A stretch of DNA of 64,000 bases from an uncultured Thermoanaerobaculia bacterium (GTDB lineage: Bacteria > Acidobacteriota > Thermoanaerobaculia > Thermoanaerobaculales > Sulfomarinibacteraceae), in NCBI GenBank assembly GCA_964420405.1, contig CAYQTL010000005.1, positions 8,548 to 72,547 of the forward strand, given 5' to 3'. This document shows, one piece after another, positions 1-10,330 of this stretch (positions are counted from its first letter, which is position 1; the number at the start of each line of letters is the position of its first letter). Below the pieces are notes generated by a model that saw only the letters and a program-made list of their open reading frames with translations, made no database searches and was not told the DNA's origin. The position numbers and the translations under genes were made by a program.

Positions 1-1889
1 AGCCGTCCCTGCGGTTCGCCAAGTTCGGAGTCCTCGCCGACCGGCTACGGGCCTCCGGCTGGTTGCCCGAGGAGCCGTTCGCCTACTCGCCGGCCTACAC
101 CTACCTGGTGGCCGCGGTCCGCGCGGTCGCCGGCGACGCCGACGTCGCCCTGGCGGCGGTGCAGGCGGCGGTCGGCTGCGGCGCCGTCGCGGCCCTGTGG
201 TGGCTGACCCGGCAGGCGTTCGGACCGCGGCCCGCTCTCGTCGCCGGCCTCGCCGCGGCCGTGGCCGCACCCCTCGTGCAGTACGCGGTGGCGTTCGAGT
301 CCGACGGGCTCGGGCTCGCGCTGCTGCTCGCCGGAGGCGCCGTCGCGGCATCGGCGCCGGCGGCCCGGGGCGGTGCGGGCTGGCGGCTCCTCGCGGCCGG
401 GATCCTGCTCGGGTTGCGGACCTGTCAGCGACCGAGCGGGGTGCTCGCGGTCGCTGTCGTGGCAGCCGTCGTCGCGCTCGCCGGCCGCCCGGACGGACCG
501 CGGCGACGGGCCGCGGCCGCGCTGTTGGTCGTGGCCGGGGCCGCGCTGCCGCTGGCGGGGGTGGTCACCCTCAACCTCCATGCCGCGGGCGGGGCGGTGC
601 CGGTGATGTCGTCGTCCGGCTGGGTGCTCTACACGAGCCACAACCACGCCGCCACCGGGCTCGGCTACGCGCCACCGCCGCTCGCGCTGGAGCTGAAGCG
701 CTCGCCCCTACCGGATCCCGTCGAGCGGATGGACGACGCCGTGTCGCGACGGATCGCGAGCTGGGTCGAGGGCCGCGCCCTGGACCCCGCGGAGGCCTCC
801 GGCTTCTGGCGGCGCGAGGCCCTCGACCGGATCCTCGAGCGCGGCGCGGCTGCCCAGCTGGGCCGACAGATCGACCGGCTGCACTTCATGGTCCACGCCT
901 ACGACGCCCACGACAACGCCGCGCTCGCGGCGCAGGCCGAGCGGCTGCGGCGGTGGCCCCTGGTCGGGTCGGGGCTCCTGCTGCCCCTCGGCGTCGCCGG
1001 CCTCGCGCGGTGGCTCGCCCGCCGGCGGCCGGGAGGGATGCCAGCCCTGCTGGCGGCAGCGCTGCTGCTGATGCCCCTGGCGTCGATGACCGCCTTCTAC
1101 GTCGTGGCACGGTTCCGACTGGAGCTGCTCGCCCTGCTGCTGCCGTTCGCGGCCTGGGGTGCGGTCGACCTGCTGCCGCGGCACCGACCCCGGTCGCCGG
1201 CCGCCGACGCGACATGGGCCACGACCGCCGTCGTTCTGCTGGTGGTGGCGTACCTTCCGGTGGAGGCGGTCGAGACCCACCGGCGGCGGACGGCGGTCGA
1301 GCTGGAGACCGTCCGTGGCGAGCTCGCGCCCGACCTCGAGACGGCCGTCTTCCATCTCCGGCGGGCGAGCGAGCTGGCGCGGTACCCCGCCGAGGCCGCG
1401 CGCGCCGACCGCCGTCTCGGCGAGCTCCTCGAGCGACTGGATCGCCCGGCCGCCGCCCAGGTGGCCCGGCTCCGCGCCGACGGGCTGCTGCCGCCCGCCG
1501 AGGTCGCCCGACTCACCCGCTGGACCGAGGATCCCGACGCCCTGTGGGCGGTGGGCCGCTACCGGCTCCTGTCCCACGACCCGCGGGGCGCCGCCTCGGC
1601 GTTCGCGAAGGCGCACAGGCTGGCTCCCCTCGACCCCGAGATCGGGTTCTCCCTCGCGGTCGCCCTCGACGCCGTCGTGCCCGCCGGGGACGCGCGGATC
1701 CGTGACCTGACGGCGGCCTCGCTGCGCCGCGGCCTCCGGTTCTCGGCGGACGCGCCACGGGCGTGGCGGCTCCTGGCCCGTCACGAGCTCGGGCTGGGCG
1801 ACGTCCACGCGGCCGCCGCCGCGTCGCTCGAGGCGGCCCGGCTGGCCGCGACGTCGCCGCTGTCCACCTCCGCCGCCAGCTCGAGGTAG
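1..1889 (+). CDS. Polytopic membrane protein, GT-C/PMT(ArnT)-like glycosyltransferase fold with C-terminal TPR-like helical region; 5-prime end cut by window edge
   Basis: Frame of ORF 63..1889 stays open back to base 3 (PSLRFAKFGVLADRLRASGW...). Many hydrophobic helices, then Ala/Leu/Arg-rich helical repeats at the C-terminus. Family assignment is by resemblance only. Confidence 0.6.
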   Translation, partial: PSLRFAKFGVLADRLRASGWLPEEPFAYSPAYTYLVAAVRAVAGDADVALAAVQAAVGCGAVAALWWLTRQAFGPRPALVAGLAAAVAAPLVQYAVAFESDGLGLALLLAGGAVAASAPAARGGAGWRLLAAGILLGLRTCQRPSGVLAVAVVAAVVALAGRPDGPRRRAAAALLVVAGAALPLAGVVTLNLHAAGGAVPVMSSSGWVLYTSHNHAATGLGYAPPPLALELKRSPLPDPVERMDDAVSRRIASWVEGRALDPAEASGFWRREALDRILERGAAAQLGRQIDRLHFMVHAYDAHDNAALAAQAERLRRWPLVGSGLLLPLGVAGLARWLARRRPGGMPALLAAALLLMPLASMTAFYVVARFRLELLALLLPFAAWGAVDLLPRHRPRSPAADATWATTAVVLLVVAYLPVEAVETHRRRTAVELETVRGELAPDLETAVFHLRRASELARYPAEAARADRRLGELLERLDRPAAAQVARLRADGLLPPAEVARLTRWTEDPDALWAVGRYRLLSHDPRGAASAFAKAHRLAPLDPEIGFSLAVALDAVVPAGDARIRDLTAASLRRGLRFSADAPRAWRLLARHELGLGDVHAAAAASLEAARLAATSPLSTSAASSR

Positions 1890-4000
1890 GCCTGCGCCGA
1901 CCACAGCACGTCGGCGGTGTAGATCCGGGTCGCGGTGAACGTGATCTGAGCGACGTAGCGCTCGTCGGTGCAGCCCGGGCCGCACTGCTCGAGCCACTGA
2001 TGCGCCTGGGGCTCACCCGCGTTGTACGCCGCCACCGCGGGTGCCGTGCGGCCGCCGAACACCGCCAGCAGGCGCCCGAGCTCGGCCGCACCGAGCCCGA
2101 GCGCGGTGGCCGGGTCGAACGGGTCGACCCGGGCAGGGTCGGCCCCGGTCCGCCTGGCGACGGCGGCGGCTGTCGCCGGCATCAGCTGCATCAGCCCGCG
2201 GGCGCCGACCGCCGACAGCGCCCGCGGGTCGAAGCGCGACTCCTCCCGCGCCACCGCCGCCACGAGCTGCCACGGCACGCCGGCGGCCGCCGCCGCCTCG
2301 CGCATCTGCTCGGCGAACGGCAGCGGCAGCATGGCGGCCCGCAGCGACCGCGGGTAGCCGCGGGGGTCGACGTCGTCACCGGCCAGTCGCCACGCCCGGT
2401 CGCCGAGCCGGATCGCCTCCCACGGTGCGCCGTGCTCGACCATCCGGAGCGCGCTCCACAGGCTGGTCGCCGCGGTGTCGTCCGGCAGCGACCGGCTGTC
2501 CCAGCGCACCGCCAGGTCCGGCAGGCCGAGATGGTACAGCCGCGCCGCGAGGGAGCCTCCGAGCGGGCCCGGCACGGGGCCCGCGAGCCCGGTGAGGGTC
2601 GTGGTCCAGGCGCGAACCGACGCCAGCCGGGAGGCGTCCGGCTCGAGCACCGACCACTCGGCGACGGCGCGACGCCGTCGCCGGTCGTCGCCCGTGTCGA
2701 TCCGCTCGAGCAGGTCCTCCCGCCACTTCGCCACGACCTCCGCGGGCAGCTCCCGGACGAGCGCCCGGGCTCGTTGGGCCCAGTAGCCGTCGAGCACCCG
2801 GACGCGGGACGACAGCCGTTCGAGGGCCGCCTCCGGCCGCTCGCCCGCCAGCGCCGCCCGTGCCGAGAGCACCGCCGCCGGGGCGCTCCAGGGGACGCGG
2901 CCGATGCTGCCGAGCCGGTCGGCGGCGGCGGGGTCGCTGCCGCGCCGGAGCTCGTCGAGCGCCACCATCAGCTGGCCACGGTCGCGCGCGCCGCGCGACC
3001 GGGTCCGCGAGATCCCGAGCAGGGCGAGGTCGACCTCCTCCCGCCGCAGCCGGAGCCGGGCGAGGAGCAGGCGCCGGTCGTCCGAGGCCCGCGCCAGCAC
3101 CGCCCGGCGGGCGGCCTCGGCGGCGCCGTCGAGATCCCCGGCCAGCTCGAGCGTGCGCGCCAGGTGGACCAGCAGGTCGGCCCGCGGCTCGGCGTGCGAT
3201 GTGCGCTCGAGCGCCCGGCGGTACCAGGTCTCCGCCTCCTGCCAGCGCCCGAGCCGGAACGCGCACCGCCCGCGCAGGAACGCCACCCGGTCCGCGGGGA
3301 CCGAGCGGTGGTCCACGTCGTCGAGGGCCTCGAGCCGCGGCGCGGCGAGGTCGTAGCGGGCGTGGCGGTAGTAGGTCTCCGCGATCCGCCAGCGGAGCTT
3401 CGGCGACAGCCCCTCACGGCCGTCGAGAGCCCCGGCCGCGGTCAGCGCCGCGAGGTCGCGGGTGCCGTCCCGGACGACCGCCGCCAGCCGGCCGGCGTCA
3501 CCCTCGGCGACCCCGAGCGCGGCCGCGACCAGACGGGCGCGGCCGCTCCGCAGCCCCGCGATCCCCCGCGCGACCTCGGCGCGGGCCGGCGCCGGCAGAC
3601 CGGCACCGATCGCCCGCACGAGGGCATCCGCGGCAGCGGCGCCGAGGGCGTCGGTCGACGGCGTGCCCACCACCGGCAGGGCCAGCTGCGCCGCGGCCGC
3701 AGGCCGCTCGTCGGCGATCGCCCCGGCGAGCTCCACCGCCGCCACCTCGGCGGTCGGTCCGCCGCGGGCGGCCACCTCCAGGAACCGCCGCTCGGCGACG
3801 GGGTCGCCGATCCGGCGGGCGGCGACGGCGGCGACGAGGGCCTCGTCGAAGCGCAACGGCAGCTGCTCGCCACGCGTCGCGGCGATCGCCAGGACCCTCC
3901 GCCAGTCTGCTCCGCGGGCCAGGTCCGGGAGGGACTGTGCGGGCCCGGGTACGGCGGCCGCACACAGCGCCATCGAGACGAGAGCCGTTCCTCTACCCAT
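1781..4000 (-). CDS. slt: Soluble lytic murein transglycosylase (Slt70-like)
   Basis: Signal-peptide-like start [23 protein letters not shown] at ATG 4000. Long Ala/Arg-rich superhelical region. C-terminal SLT motif [25 protein letters not shown]...AAYNAG. The upstream part of ORF 1781..4261 was discarded. Confidence 0.85.
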   Translation of the reverse strand: MGRGTALVSMALCAAAVPGPAQSLPDLARGADWRRVLAIAATRGEQLPLRFDEALVAAVAARRIGDPVAERRFLEVAARGGPTAEVAAVELAGAIADERPAAAAQLALPVVGTPSTDALGAAAADALVRAIGAGLPAPARAEVARGIAGLRSGRARLVAAALGVAEGDAGRLAAVVRDGTRDLAALTAAGALDGREGLSPKLRWRIAETYYRHARYDLAAPRLEALDDVDHRSVPADRVAFLRGRCAFRLGRWQEAETWYRRALERTSHAEPRADLLVHLARTLELAGDLDGAAEAARRAVLARASDDRRLLLARLRLRREEVDLALLGISRTRSRGARDRGQLMVALDELRRGSDPAAADRLGSIGRVPWSAPAAVLSARAALAGERPEAALERLSSRVRVLDGYWAQRARALVRELPAEVVAKWREDLLERIDTGDDRRRRRAVAEWSVLEPDASRLASVRAWTTTLTGLAGPVPGPLGGSLAARLYHLGLPDLAVRWDSRSLPDDTAATSLWSALRMVEHGAPWEAIRLGDRAWRLAGDDVDPRGYPRSLRAAMLPLPFAEQMREAAAAAGVPWQLVAAVAREESRFDPRALSAVGARGLMQLMPATAAAVARRTGADPARVDPFDPATALGLGAAELGRLLAVFGGRTAPAVAAYNAGEPQAHQWLEQCGPGCTDERYVAQITFTATRIYTADVLWSAQAYLELAAEVDSGDVAASRAASSDAAAAAWTSPSPSS

Positions 4001-4121
4001 CCGCCCCCAGTGGAACACGGCTTCCGGCGGGACCCATCCCGTCCTTGCGCCCGTCGGCGGTTCGTGGATAATCGAGGGTCGTCCGGCCGGCGGTACGCCG
4101 CCTGCCCCGAGGGAGCGCGTG

Positions 4122-5066
4122 ATGACCGACCAGCACACCAGGGTTCTCATCGTCGGCTCGGGACCCGCCGGCCTGACCGCGGCGCTGTACGCCGCCCGGG
4201 CCGACCTGGAGCCGCTCGTGATCGAGGGCCTGCAGCCCGGCGGACAGCTCACCATCACCACCGACGTCGAGAACTACCCCGGCTTTCCGGAGGGGATCCT
4301 CGGACCCGAGCTGATGCAACGGTGCCGCGCCCAGACCGAGCGGTTCGGCACCCGGTTCGTGTTCGACCGCGTCAGCGGGGTCGACCTCGGGAGCCGGCCC
4401 TTCGCCGTCCACACGGAGGACCACGGCACGTTCACCTGTGACGCGCTGATCGTCGCCTCCGGGGCGTCGGCGAAGCTCCTCGGTCTCGAGAGCGAGTCCC
4501 GGCTGATGGGCCACGGTGTCTCGGCGTGCGCCACCTGCGACGGTTTCTTCTTCCGCGACAAGCCGATCGCCGTGGTCGGCGGCGGCGACACCGCGATGGA
4601 GGAGGCGACGTTCCTGACCAAGTTCGCCAGCCGGGTGACGGTCATCCACCGCCGCGACGAGCTGCGGGCGTCGAAGATCATGCAGCAGCGCGCGCTCGAC
4701 AACCCCAAGATCGAGTTCGCCTGGAACAAGGTCGTGACCGAGGTGGTCGGAACCCCGGAAGGCGGAGTCACCGGCATCCGGATGCGCGACACCGTCAGCG
4801 GCGAGGAGGGCGAGCTGGCCGTCGAGGGGGTGTTCATCGCCATCGGCCATCAGCCCAATACCGAGCTGTTCCGGGGTCAGCTCGACATGGACGAGGTCGG
4901 CTACATCCGGACCCACCCGGACAGCACCCGAACCTCCGTCGAGGGCGTGTGGGCCTGCGGAGACGTCCAGGACGCGGTCTACCGTCAGGCGGTGACCGCC
5001 GCCGGGACCGGCTGCATGGCGGCGATCGAGGCGGAGCGGTGGCTCGGCGCCCAGGGTCTCGAGTGA
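4122..5066 (+). CDS. trxB: Thioredoxin-disulfide reductase
   Basis: 314 aa with FAD motif [14 protein letters not shown], redox centre CATC ([12 protein letters not shown]) and NADPH motif [15 protein letters not shown] 4122 chosen inside ORF 3462..5066. Confidence 0.95.
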   Translation: MTDQHTRVLIVGSGPAGLTAALYAARADLEPLVIEGLQPGGQLTITTDVENYPGFPEGILGPELMQRCRAQTERFGTRFVFDRVSGVDLGSRPFAVHTEDHGTFTCDALIVASGASAKLLGLESESRLMGHGVSACATCDGFFFRDKPIAVVGGGDTAMEEATFLTKFASRVTVIHRRDELRASKIMQQRALDNPKIEFAWNKVVTEVVGTPEGGVTGIRMRDTVSGEEGELAVEGVFIAIGHQPNTELFRGQLDMDEVGYIRTHPDSTRTSVEGVWACGDVQDAVYRQAVTAAGTGCMAAIEAERWLGAQGLE

Positions 5067-5079
5067 CGCCCGGAGGCGC

Positions 5080-5108
5080 TTGATTCCGAGAACCATTCCT
5101 GAGAGAAT
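5080..5108 (+). promoter_or_regulatory. Candidate sigma70-type promoter for erpA-def (TTGATT-17 nt-GAGAAT)
   Basis: TTGATT at 5080-5085, 17-nt spacer, GAGAAT at 5103-5108, in a locally AT-richer gap about 35 nt upstream of the erpA ATG. Confidence 0.35.
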
Positions 5109-5142
5109 GCCGTGCGGCGCTGCAGCGCCGGGAGACAGGACG

Positions 5143-5472
5143 ATGATCGCACTCACCGACAGGGCCGTCGACAAGGTCAAGGAGTTCGCGGCCGGCACCC
5201 CGGAGGTCGAGGGCAAGCACCTGCGGGTCTTCATCCGCGGCGTCGGCTGCTCGGGCTTCGCGTACGGGTTCACGTTCGACGAGCGGCGGGACGGGGACAC
5301 GGTGGTCAGCGCCGGCGACCTCGACGTGCTGGTCGACCCCGCCAGCGCGCCCCACCTCAGCGGCGCGAGCGTCGACTTCGTCGACGACCACCGGGGCACA
5401 GGGTTCCTGGTCGACAACCCCAACACGCCCGACGCGAGCTGCGGATCGGGCGGTTGCTCGGGCTGCGGATGA
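5143..5472 (+). CDS. erpA: A-type iron-sulfur cluster carrier (HesB/IscA/ErpA family)
   Basis: MIALTDRAVDKVKEF...LRVFIRGVGCSGFAYGF...FLVDNPN...CGSGGCSGCG. Conserved Cys pattern of A-type carriers. ATG 5143 chosen within ORF 5080..5472. Confidence 0.85.
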   Translation: MIALTDRAVDKVKEFAAGTPEVEGKHLRVFIRGVGCSGFAYGFTFDERRDGDTVVSAGDLDVLVDPASAPHLSGASVDFVDDHRGTGFLVDNPNTPDASCGSGGCSGCG

Positions 5473-6026
5473 CCGACCCGGCGGCGGTCGCGCGTCTCGA
5501 GGTCGTCCGGCTCGGCCACCCGGTCCTGCGCAGCGCCGCCGAGCCGGTTCCCGAGGAGCTGTTCGGGACCGGTCGGCTCGCGCGTCTCGGGGCCGACATG
5601 GTCCGGACGATGGTCGAGGAGCACGGCGTCGGCCTCGCGGCGCCCCAGGTGGCCGCGCCGCTGCGCCTGTTCGTCTACTGGCTTCCCGATGGCGACGACG
5701 GACCTGGGGTCGAGCCGACGGTGGTGGTCAACCCGGAGCTGCGGCCGGTCGGCGACGAGGTCGAGGAGGGCTGGGAGGGCTGCCTGTCGATCCCCGGCCT
5801 GCGCGGCCGCGTCCCGCGCTTCCGGCGGGTCAAGGTCAAGGCGCGCACCGTCGAGGGCGAGCCGCTGTCGCTGACCGCCGACGGCTTCCACGCCCGGGTC
5901 CTGCAGCACGAGAACGACCATCTCGACGGCGTCGTGTTCCTCGACCGCATGCTGACGATGACCTCGCTCGCGTTCGAGCCCGAGTGGGAGCGCTACGTGC
6001 TCGGGCCCGACGACGCCGACGGCTGA
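5469..6026 (+). CDS. def: Peptide deformylase
   Basis: Motifs GVGLAAPQV, EGCLSIPG and QHENDHLDG. The ATG overlaps the erpA stop (ATGA). Confidence 0.93.
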   Translation: MTDPAAVARLEVVRLGHPVLRSAAEPVPEELFGTGRLARLGADMVRTMVEEHGVGLAAPQVAAPLRLFVYWLPDGDDGPGVEPTVVVNPELRPVGDEVEEGWEGCLSIPGLRGRVPRFRRVKVKARTVEGEPLSLTADGFHARVLQHENDHLDGVVFLDRMLTMTSLAFEPEWERYVLGPDDADG

Positions 6027-6940
6027 TCGCCGCCGCCGAACCCGCCGCCGGGCGCGTACGACCTGATCACCAGCTCGTCCGGCGGCCGCACGCGCACCCC
6101 GCGGATCGGACGGATGACGCACTCCTCGGTGTCGACCGGGTAGACCCTGCCCATCAGGTCGACGGGAGGCTCCCGCAGCACGCCGCGCTCGACGAGCGGA
6201 CGCCAGTCCTCCGGGCAGCGACCCGAACGGGCGTGCTCCGCCGCGAGCAGGGGGTCGAGCTGGCGGCGGTGCTCCTCGACCAGGACGTCGTAGAGGTGGC
6301 TGACGCCGAACAGCCTCTCCTGGTGGGTCGGCGCCTCCTGGTAGACCTCGAGCCAGTACCGGATCGAGTCGCCGGCGTCCCACCGGCCGGTCTGGTCGAG
6401 CCACCGGCCGAGCACGCGCCGGAGCCGGTTGGGGGCGTCGGGCCGGGAGGCGGCCACCCGGATGTACCGGATCGCCTCGGCGTCGTCCTTGAAGTGGGTC
6501 TTCATGTCCCAGGCCGCGATCTCGGGCAGCCGGGCGTCGTCCGGCATCGCCGCGATGCCCTTGTCGTACAGCTCCCTGACCGAGCGCTGGCGCGCCTCGC
6601 GCGACACGCCGGGCTGGGTCAGCATGATCATGCCGCCGATCCAGTAGGCGTCGAAGTACTGCGGGTCGAGGTCGGTGATCAGGTCGAACACGCGCTCGAG
6701 GTACAGCAGCCGGTCGTCCGCGCCGTAGTCGGAGTAGTACTGGATCGACCACAGGTAGACCGCGTCGGCGGCGAGACCGTCGTTGCCGAGGCTGAGCAGT
6801 CGCAGCGCCTCCGCGGTCGGCAGGTACAGCAGCTCCTTGCCGAGGGGATCGGCGCGCTCGGTCTCCCCGAGCCGGACCTCGCTGGCGACGGCGACCGCGA
6901 GCAGGGCAGCTGCGGCGAGCAGCGCGGCTGCCGTCCGCAT
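5993..6940 (-). CDS. Hypothetical signal-anchored protein (TPR-like helical), last gene of an ABC-2 transporter operon
   Basis: Start MRTAAALLAAAALLAVAVA at 6940, 1-nt overlap (TGATG) with the permease stop. Helical repeats follow (LYLERVFDLITDLDPQYFDAYWIGG...). No family recognised. Confidence 0.7.
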   Translation of the reverse strand: MRTAAALLAAAALLAVAVASEVRLGETERADPLGKELLYLPTAEALRLLSLGNDGLAADAVYLWSIQYYSDYGADDRLLYLERVFDLITDLDPQYFDAYWIGGMIMLTQPGVSREARQRSVRELYDKGIAAMPDDARLPEIAAWDMKTHFKDDAEAIRYIRVAASRPDAPNRLRRVLGRWLDQTGRWDAGDSIRYWLEVYQEAPTHQERLFGVSHLYDVLVEEHRRQLDPLLAAEHARSGRCPEDWRPLVERGVLREPPVDLMGRVYPVDTEECVIRPIRGVRVRPPDELVIRSYAPGGGFGGGDQPSASSGPST

Positions 6941-7707
6941 CACGCGAGGTCCCTGCGGGAGAACCTCAGACACGCCAGCACCAGCACGAACGCGGTGTAG
7001 GCCACGCCGTACACCACCGACCACGCCACCGCGCCGGCCGGGATCGCCAGCCCGTGGACGACCTCCGCCTTGAGGTTGAAGCGCTCGAGGTTCGGCAGCA
7101 CGTAGTACACGGCGGCGACGGCGACGCGGGTGGCGTCCCCCGGCAGGTGCTGGACGAGCAGCCACAGGTCTCGGGTCACGTGGCCGAGCACGAACACCGC
7201 CAGGGTCAGGACCGACCCGAGCATCGGCCGGGTGACGACCGCGAACAGGGCCGCGAACGCCGCCAGCAGGGCCAGCTCGAGGAACGTCATGGCGACCGCC
7301 AGCAGCAGGCGCAGGTCGAGCGTCCCCGCGAACACCCACACCACCACCACCAGCAGCAGCCCCATCAACGCGACGTTGAGGGCGACCGTGGCCACCAGGC
7401 CGGCGTACTTGCCGAGCAGGAACTGCCAGCGTTGGACCGGCCTGGCGAGGATGTTGTACACCGTGCGGTCGTCGATCTCGCGGCTGATCAGCAGCACGCT
7501 CAGCATCACGCTGATGAGCATCCCGAAGAGCTGGATGCCGGCGAGGCCGAGGTCCTTGACGATCTTCGCCTCGTCGCCGACCGTCAGCATCCCGAACAGC
7601 TTGGACGACACCAGGATCAGCACGCCGAAGCCGAGGAACAGGTACAGCACCCGGTCGCGGATCGCCTCCCGGAAGGTGTTGCCGGCGATGGCGAGCAGCG
7701 CGTTCAC
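6940..7707 (-). CDS. ABC-2 type transporter permease
   Basis: VNALLAIAGNTFREAIRDRVLYLFL... followed by about 6 hydrophobic helices. The GTG start overlaps the ATPase stop (GTGA). Confidence 0.85.
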   Translation of the reverse strand: MNALLAIAGNTFREAIRDRVLYLFLGFGVLILVSSKLFGMLTVGDEAKIVKDLGLAGIQLFGMLISVMLSVLLISREIDDRTVYNILARPVQRWQFLLGKYAGLVATVALNVALMGLLLVVVVWVFAGTLDLRLLLAVAMTFLELALLAAFAALFAVVTRPMLGSVLTLAVFVLGHVTRDLWLLVQHLPGDATRVAVAAVYYVLPNLERFNLKAEVVHGLAIPAGAVAWSVVYGVAYTAFVLVLACLRFSRRDLA

Positions 7708-8633
7708 GACGCCTGCTCCCGGTAGTGGCGCAGCACGAAGTCCTCCAGCGAGTTGCGGACCGGCGTCAGGCTCAGCAGGCGGCCGCCGTGGCGCCCCAGC
7801 TCCGCGAGCAGGCGGTCGCGGTCGTCGGACCGGATCCGGGCCCAGCTCGCCTGGTCGGCCGTGCGGAGCCCCGCGAACGAGACGCCGAGACGGTCCGCGC
7901 CGACCCCTGTGAACCCGACCTCGTACGCCTCGGCCTCGCGGTCGACGATCTCGCGCACCGCCCCGGAGGCCCGGAGCCGTCCGTCCACCACCACCGCCAC
8001 CCGGTCGCACAGGCTCTCCACGTCGGGGATGATGTGGGTCGAGAAGAACACCGTGGTTCCGCGGTCCCGCTGGGCGAGGATCAGGTCCCGCAGGTCGCGG
8101 CGGCCGACGGGGTCGAGCCCGCTCATGGGCTCGTCGAGCACCAGCAGCTCCGGCTCGCCGAGCAGCGCCTGGGCCCACGACAGCCGTTGCAGCATCCCCT
8201 TCGAGAAGGTCCGCATCTGCACCCCGGCCCGGTCCCGCAGGCCGACCTCGTCCAGCAGCCTCCCGATTCGCCGGTCCGCCTCCGCCCGGTCGAGGCCCAG
8301 CAGGGTGGCGTGGAACCGCAGGTGCTCGGCGCCGGTCAGGTGGCGGTAGATGTACGGGCTCTCGGTCATGAAGCCGGTCCGGCGCCGGGCGTCGCGATCC
8401 GCGGGCGGCCGCCCGCACACCAGAATCTCGCCCCGGTCGGGGCGGATGAGACCCATCACCACCTTGATGGTCGTGGTCTTGCCGGCGCCGTTGGGACCGA
8501 GAAAGCCGAACACCTCGCCGCGCCCCACCTCGAGCGACAGGCCGCGCAGCGCCCGGACCTTCGGCTCGAGCAGGCCCGGGTCGAAGGTCTTGTGCAGGTC
8601 CCGGATCGCCAGTGGCGCTCCCGTGTGGTCCAT
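7704..8633 (-). CDS. ABC transporter ATP-binding protein
   Basis: Walker A GPNGAGKTTT, signature FSKGMLQRL, Walker B LLVLDEP. ATG 8633 (MDHTGAPLAIRDLHKTF). Confidence 0.93.
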   Translation of the reverse strand: MDHTGAPLAIRDLHKTFDPGLLEPKVRALRGLSLEVGRGEVFGFLGPNGAGKTTTIKVVMGLIRPDRGEILVCGRPPADRDARRRTGFMTESPYIYRHLTGAEHLRFHATLLGLDRAEADRRIGRLLDEVGLRDRAGVQMRTFSKGMLQRLSWAQALLGEPELLVLDEPMSGLDPVGRRDLRDLILAQRDRGTTVFFSTHIIPDVESLCDRVAVVVDGRLRASGAVREIVDREAEAYEVGFTGVGADRLGVSFAGLRTADQASWARIRSDDRDRLLAELGRHGGRLLSLTPVRNSLEDFVLRHYREQAS

Positions 8634-8724
8634 GGCAGGAGAGTATACGCCAGGCCGGAGGTGGCGCCGGTCACGCCGACTGCGACAGACACCATGCGAC
8701 AATGGACCGTTGGAGACGAGAACC

Positions 8725-9243
8725 ATGAGCGAGCTGTCGCCTCTCGACATCCTCGGGAAGTCGTTTCCCCGCGCGCTGCGGGGGCTGTCGCCGGCCGAGG
8801 TCCACCAGTTCCTGTCGGAGATCGCCGCGACGGTCGAGTCGCTCGTGCGCGAGCGCGCCGAGCTCCGCCAGCAGGTCCACAAGCTCGAGCAGCGGCTGAT
8901 GGACTACCGCGAGCGGGAGTCGGCGCTGCAGGACGCCCTGGTGGCGGCCCAGCGCAGCGCCGAGAGCACCATGGAGCGGGCACGCGACGACGCCCAGCGG
9001 ATCGTCCAGGAGGGTCACGCGCTGGCCGATCGGCTGGTGGAGGAGGCCTACCAGCGGGCGCAGACGATCGAGACCGTCATCGGCGAGCTGCGCGGCCGCC
9101 GGCGCGAGGTGCGCGCGGAGCTGATGCGGCTCGGCGAGCTGCTGCAGGGAATCATCCGCGACGACCAGCGGCTCGAGCAGGAGGCGCCGTCCACTCCCCA
9201 GCTCGCGCTGCTGCACCGCCGGCGGTCCGAGGAGCAGGCCTGA
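8725..9243 (+). CDS. divIVA: DivIVA domain-containing cell-division protein
   Basis: MSELSPLDILGKSFPRALRGLSPAEVHQFLSEIA... followed by coiled coil. SD GGAG lies upstream of ATG 8725. Confidence 0.85.
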   Translation: MSELSPLDILGKSFPRALRGLSPAEVHQFLSEIAATVESLVRERAELRQQVHKLEQRLMDYRERESALQDALVAAQRSAESTMERARDDAQRIVQEGHALADRLVEEAYQRAQTIETVIGELRGRRREVRAELMRLGELLQGIIRDDQRLEQEAPSTPQLALLHRRRSEEQA

Positions 9244-10330
9244 CGGTCGCCGCCGGCGCCGGTCGCAGCCCGACCGGCTCGGCTGGCGACGACACGCCTT
9301 CGAGAGCCTCCAGCGCAGCCGACACCCGCCCCACGTCGAGCTCGTCGAGGCACCTCCGGTGCCCGAGCGGACACACGGGCCGCCGGCACGGAGCGCAGTC
9401 GATCGGAGAGGCGACGATCGACCCCCGGGGACCGACCGGCCCGGTCCTCGACGGGTCCGTCGGACCGAACACCGCCACCACCGGCACCCCCTGGAAAGCC
9501 GCCAGGTGCATCGGCCCGGTGTCGTTGGCGACCAGGGCGTCGAGGCCCGCCACCACCGCCGCGAGCTCGGCCACGTCGGCGTCGGCGCCGACCACCGGCA
9601 GGGGTCGCCCCGCCGAGGCGCACACCCGCCGGGCCACCTCCTCCTCGCCGGGACCGACCAGCACCACCCAGCCGGCCTCTCGATCCGGGTGCCGTGCCAC
9701 GAGCTCGCCGAAGCTCCTCGCCGGCCATCGCTTGGCGTCGCCGCAGCCGCTCGCCGGCGCGATCCCGAGCCGCCGTGACGCCCGCGGCAGCAGCGCCTCG
9801 AGCCGCCGGCGTCCACCCTCGAGGGCGATCGTCGGCAGCCGCAGGCGCCAGCCCGCGTCCACCGTCCCGAGCCCGAGGCCGTCGAGCAGGCCCTCGGCGT
9901 CGTACAGCTGGTGACGGCCGCGGTCCGCGCGCCAGCGCACGTCGAGCAGGACCGCGCCGCCGCGGCCCTCGCTGCCGATGGCGAGCCGGCAGGCGAGCCG
10001 GACCAGGATCTTGGCACGGCTCGCGTGGCGCAACGTGATACCGGCGTCGAACCGGCCGGAAACGCACAGCCGCCGTGCGTCGGCGAACGGTGAGCCGCGC
10101 CGCGACCGGAGCTCGACGCGGACCCCCGGGAACACCGCTGCCCACAGGCGCACCGTCGGACGCGGCGCGACCAGCACCGCCTCTCGCGGCCGCAGTCCGG
10201 CGAGCAGACGCTCGACGGTCGGCATGGCCATCACCTGGTCGCCGACCCAGTTGGGGACGTCGACGAGCAGGCGGCCGATCCGCGGCGCCGGCCGCGGCAC
10301 GCCGCCCGGCCGGTCCGCGGGGTCGTTCAC
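9152..10330 (-). CDS. Glycosyltransferase family 9 (heptosyltransferase-like)
   Basis: LLVDVPNWVGDQVMAMPTVERL...GCGDAKRWPARSFGEL...LVANDTGPMHLAAFQGVPVVAVFGPTDP. The GTG start overlaps the ymdB stop (GTGA). The 3-prime end overlaps divIVA convergently by about 90 nt. Confidence 0.85.
   Translation of the reverse strand: MNDPADRPGGVPRPAPRIGRLLVDVPNWVGDQVMAMPTVERLLAGLRPREAVLVAPRPTVRLWAAVFPGVRVELRSRRGSPFADARRLCVSGRFDAGITLRHASRAKILVRLACRLAIGSEGRGGAVLLDVRWRADRGRHQLYDAEGLLDGLGLGTVDAGWRLRLPTIALEGGRRRLEALLPRASRRLGIAPASGCGDAKRWPARSFGELVARHPDREAGWVVLVGPGEEEVARRVCASAGRPLPVVGADADVAELAAVVAGLDALVANDTGPMHLAAFQGVPVVAVFGPTDPSRTGPVGPRGSIVASPIDCAPCRRPVCPLGHRRCLDELDVGRVSAALEALEGVSSPAEPVGLRPAPAATVRPAPRTAGGAAARAGEWTAPPARAAGRRG

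Noticed and set aside
4063-4071. Single DnaA-box-like site CGTGGATAA (8/9 match to TGTGGATAA) in the slt/trxB divergent region
   Set aside because: This is an isolated near-match with no clustering or AT-rich neighbour, which is expected by chance. It is noted only for comparison with the 28.7-kb cluster.
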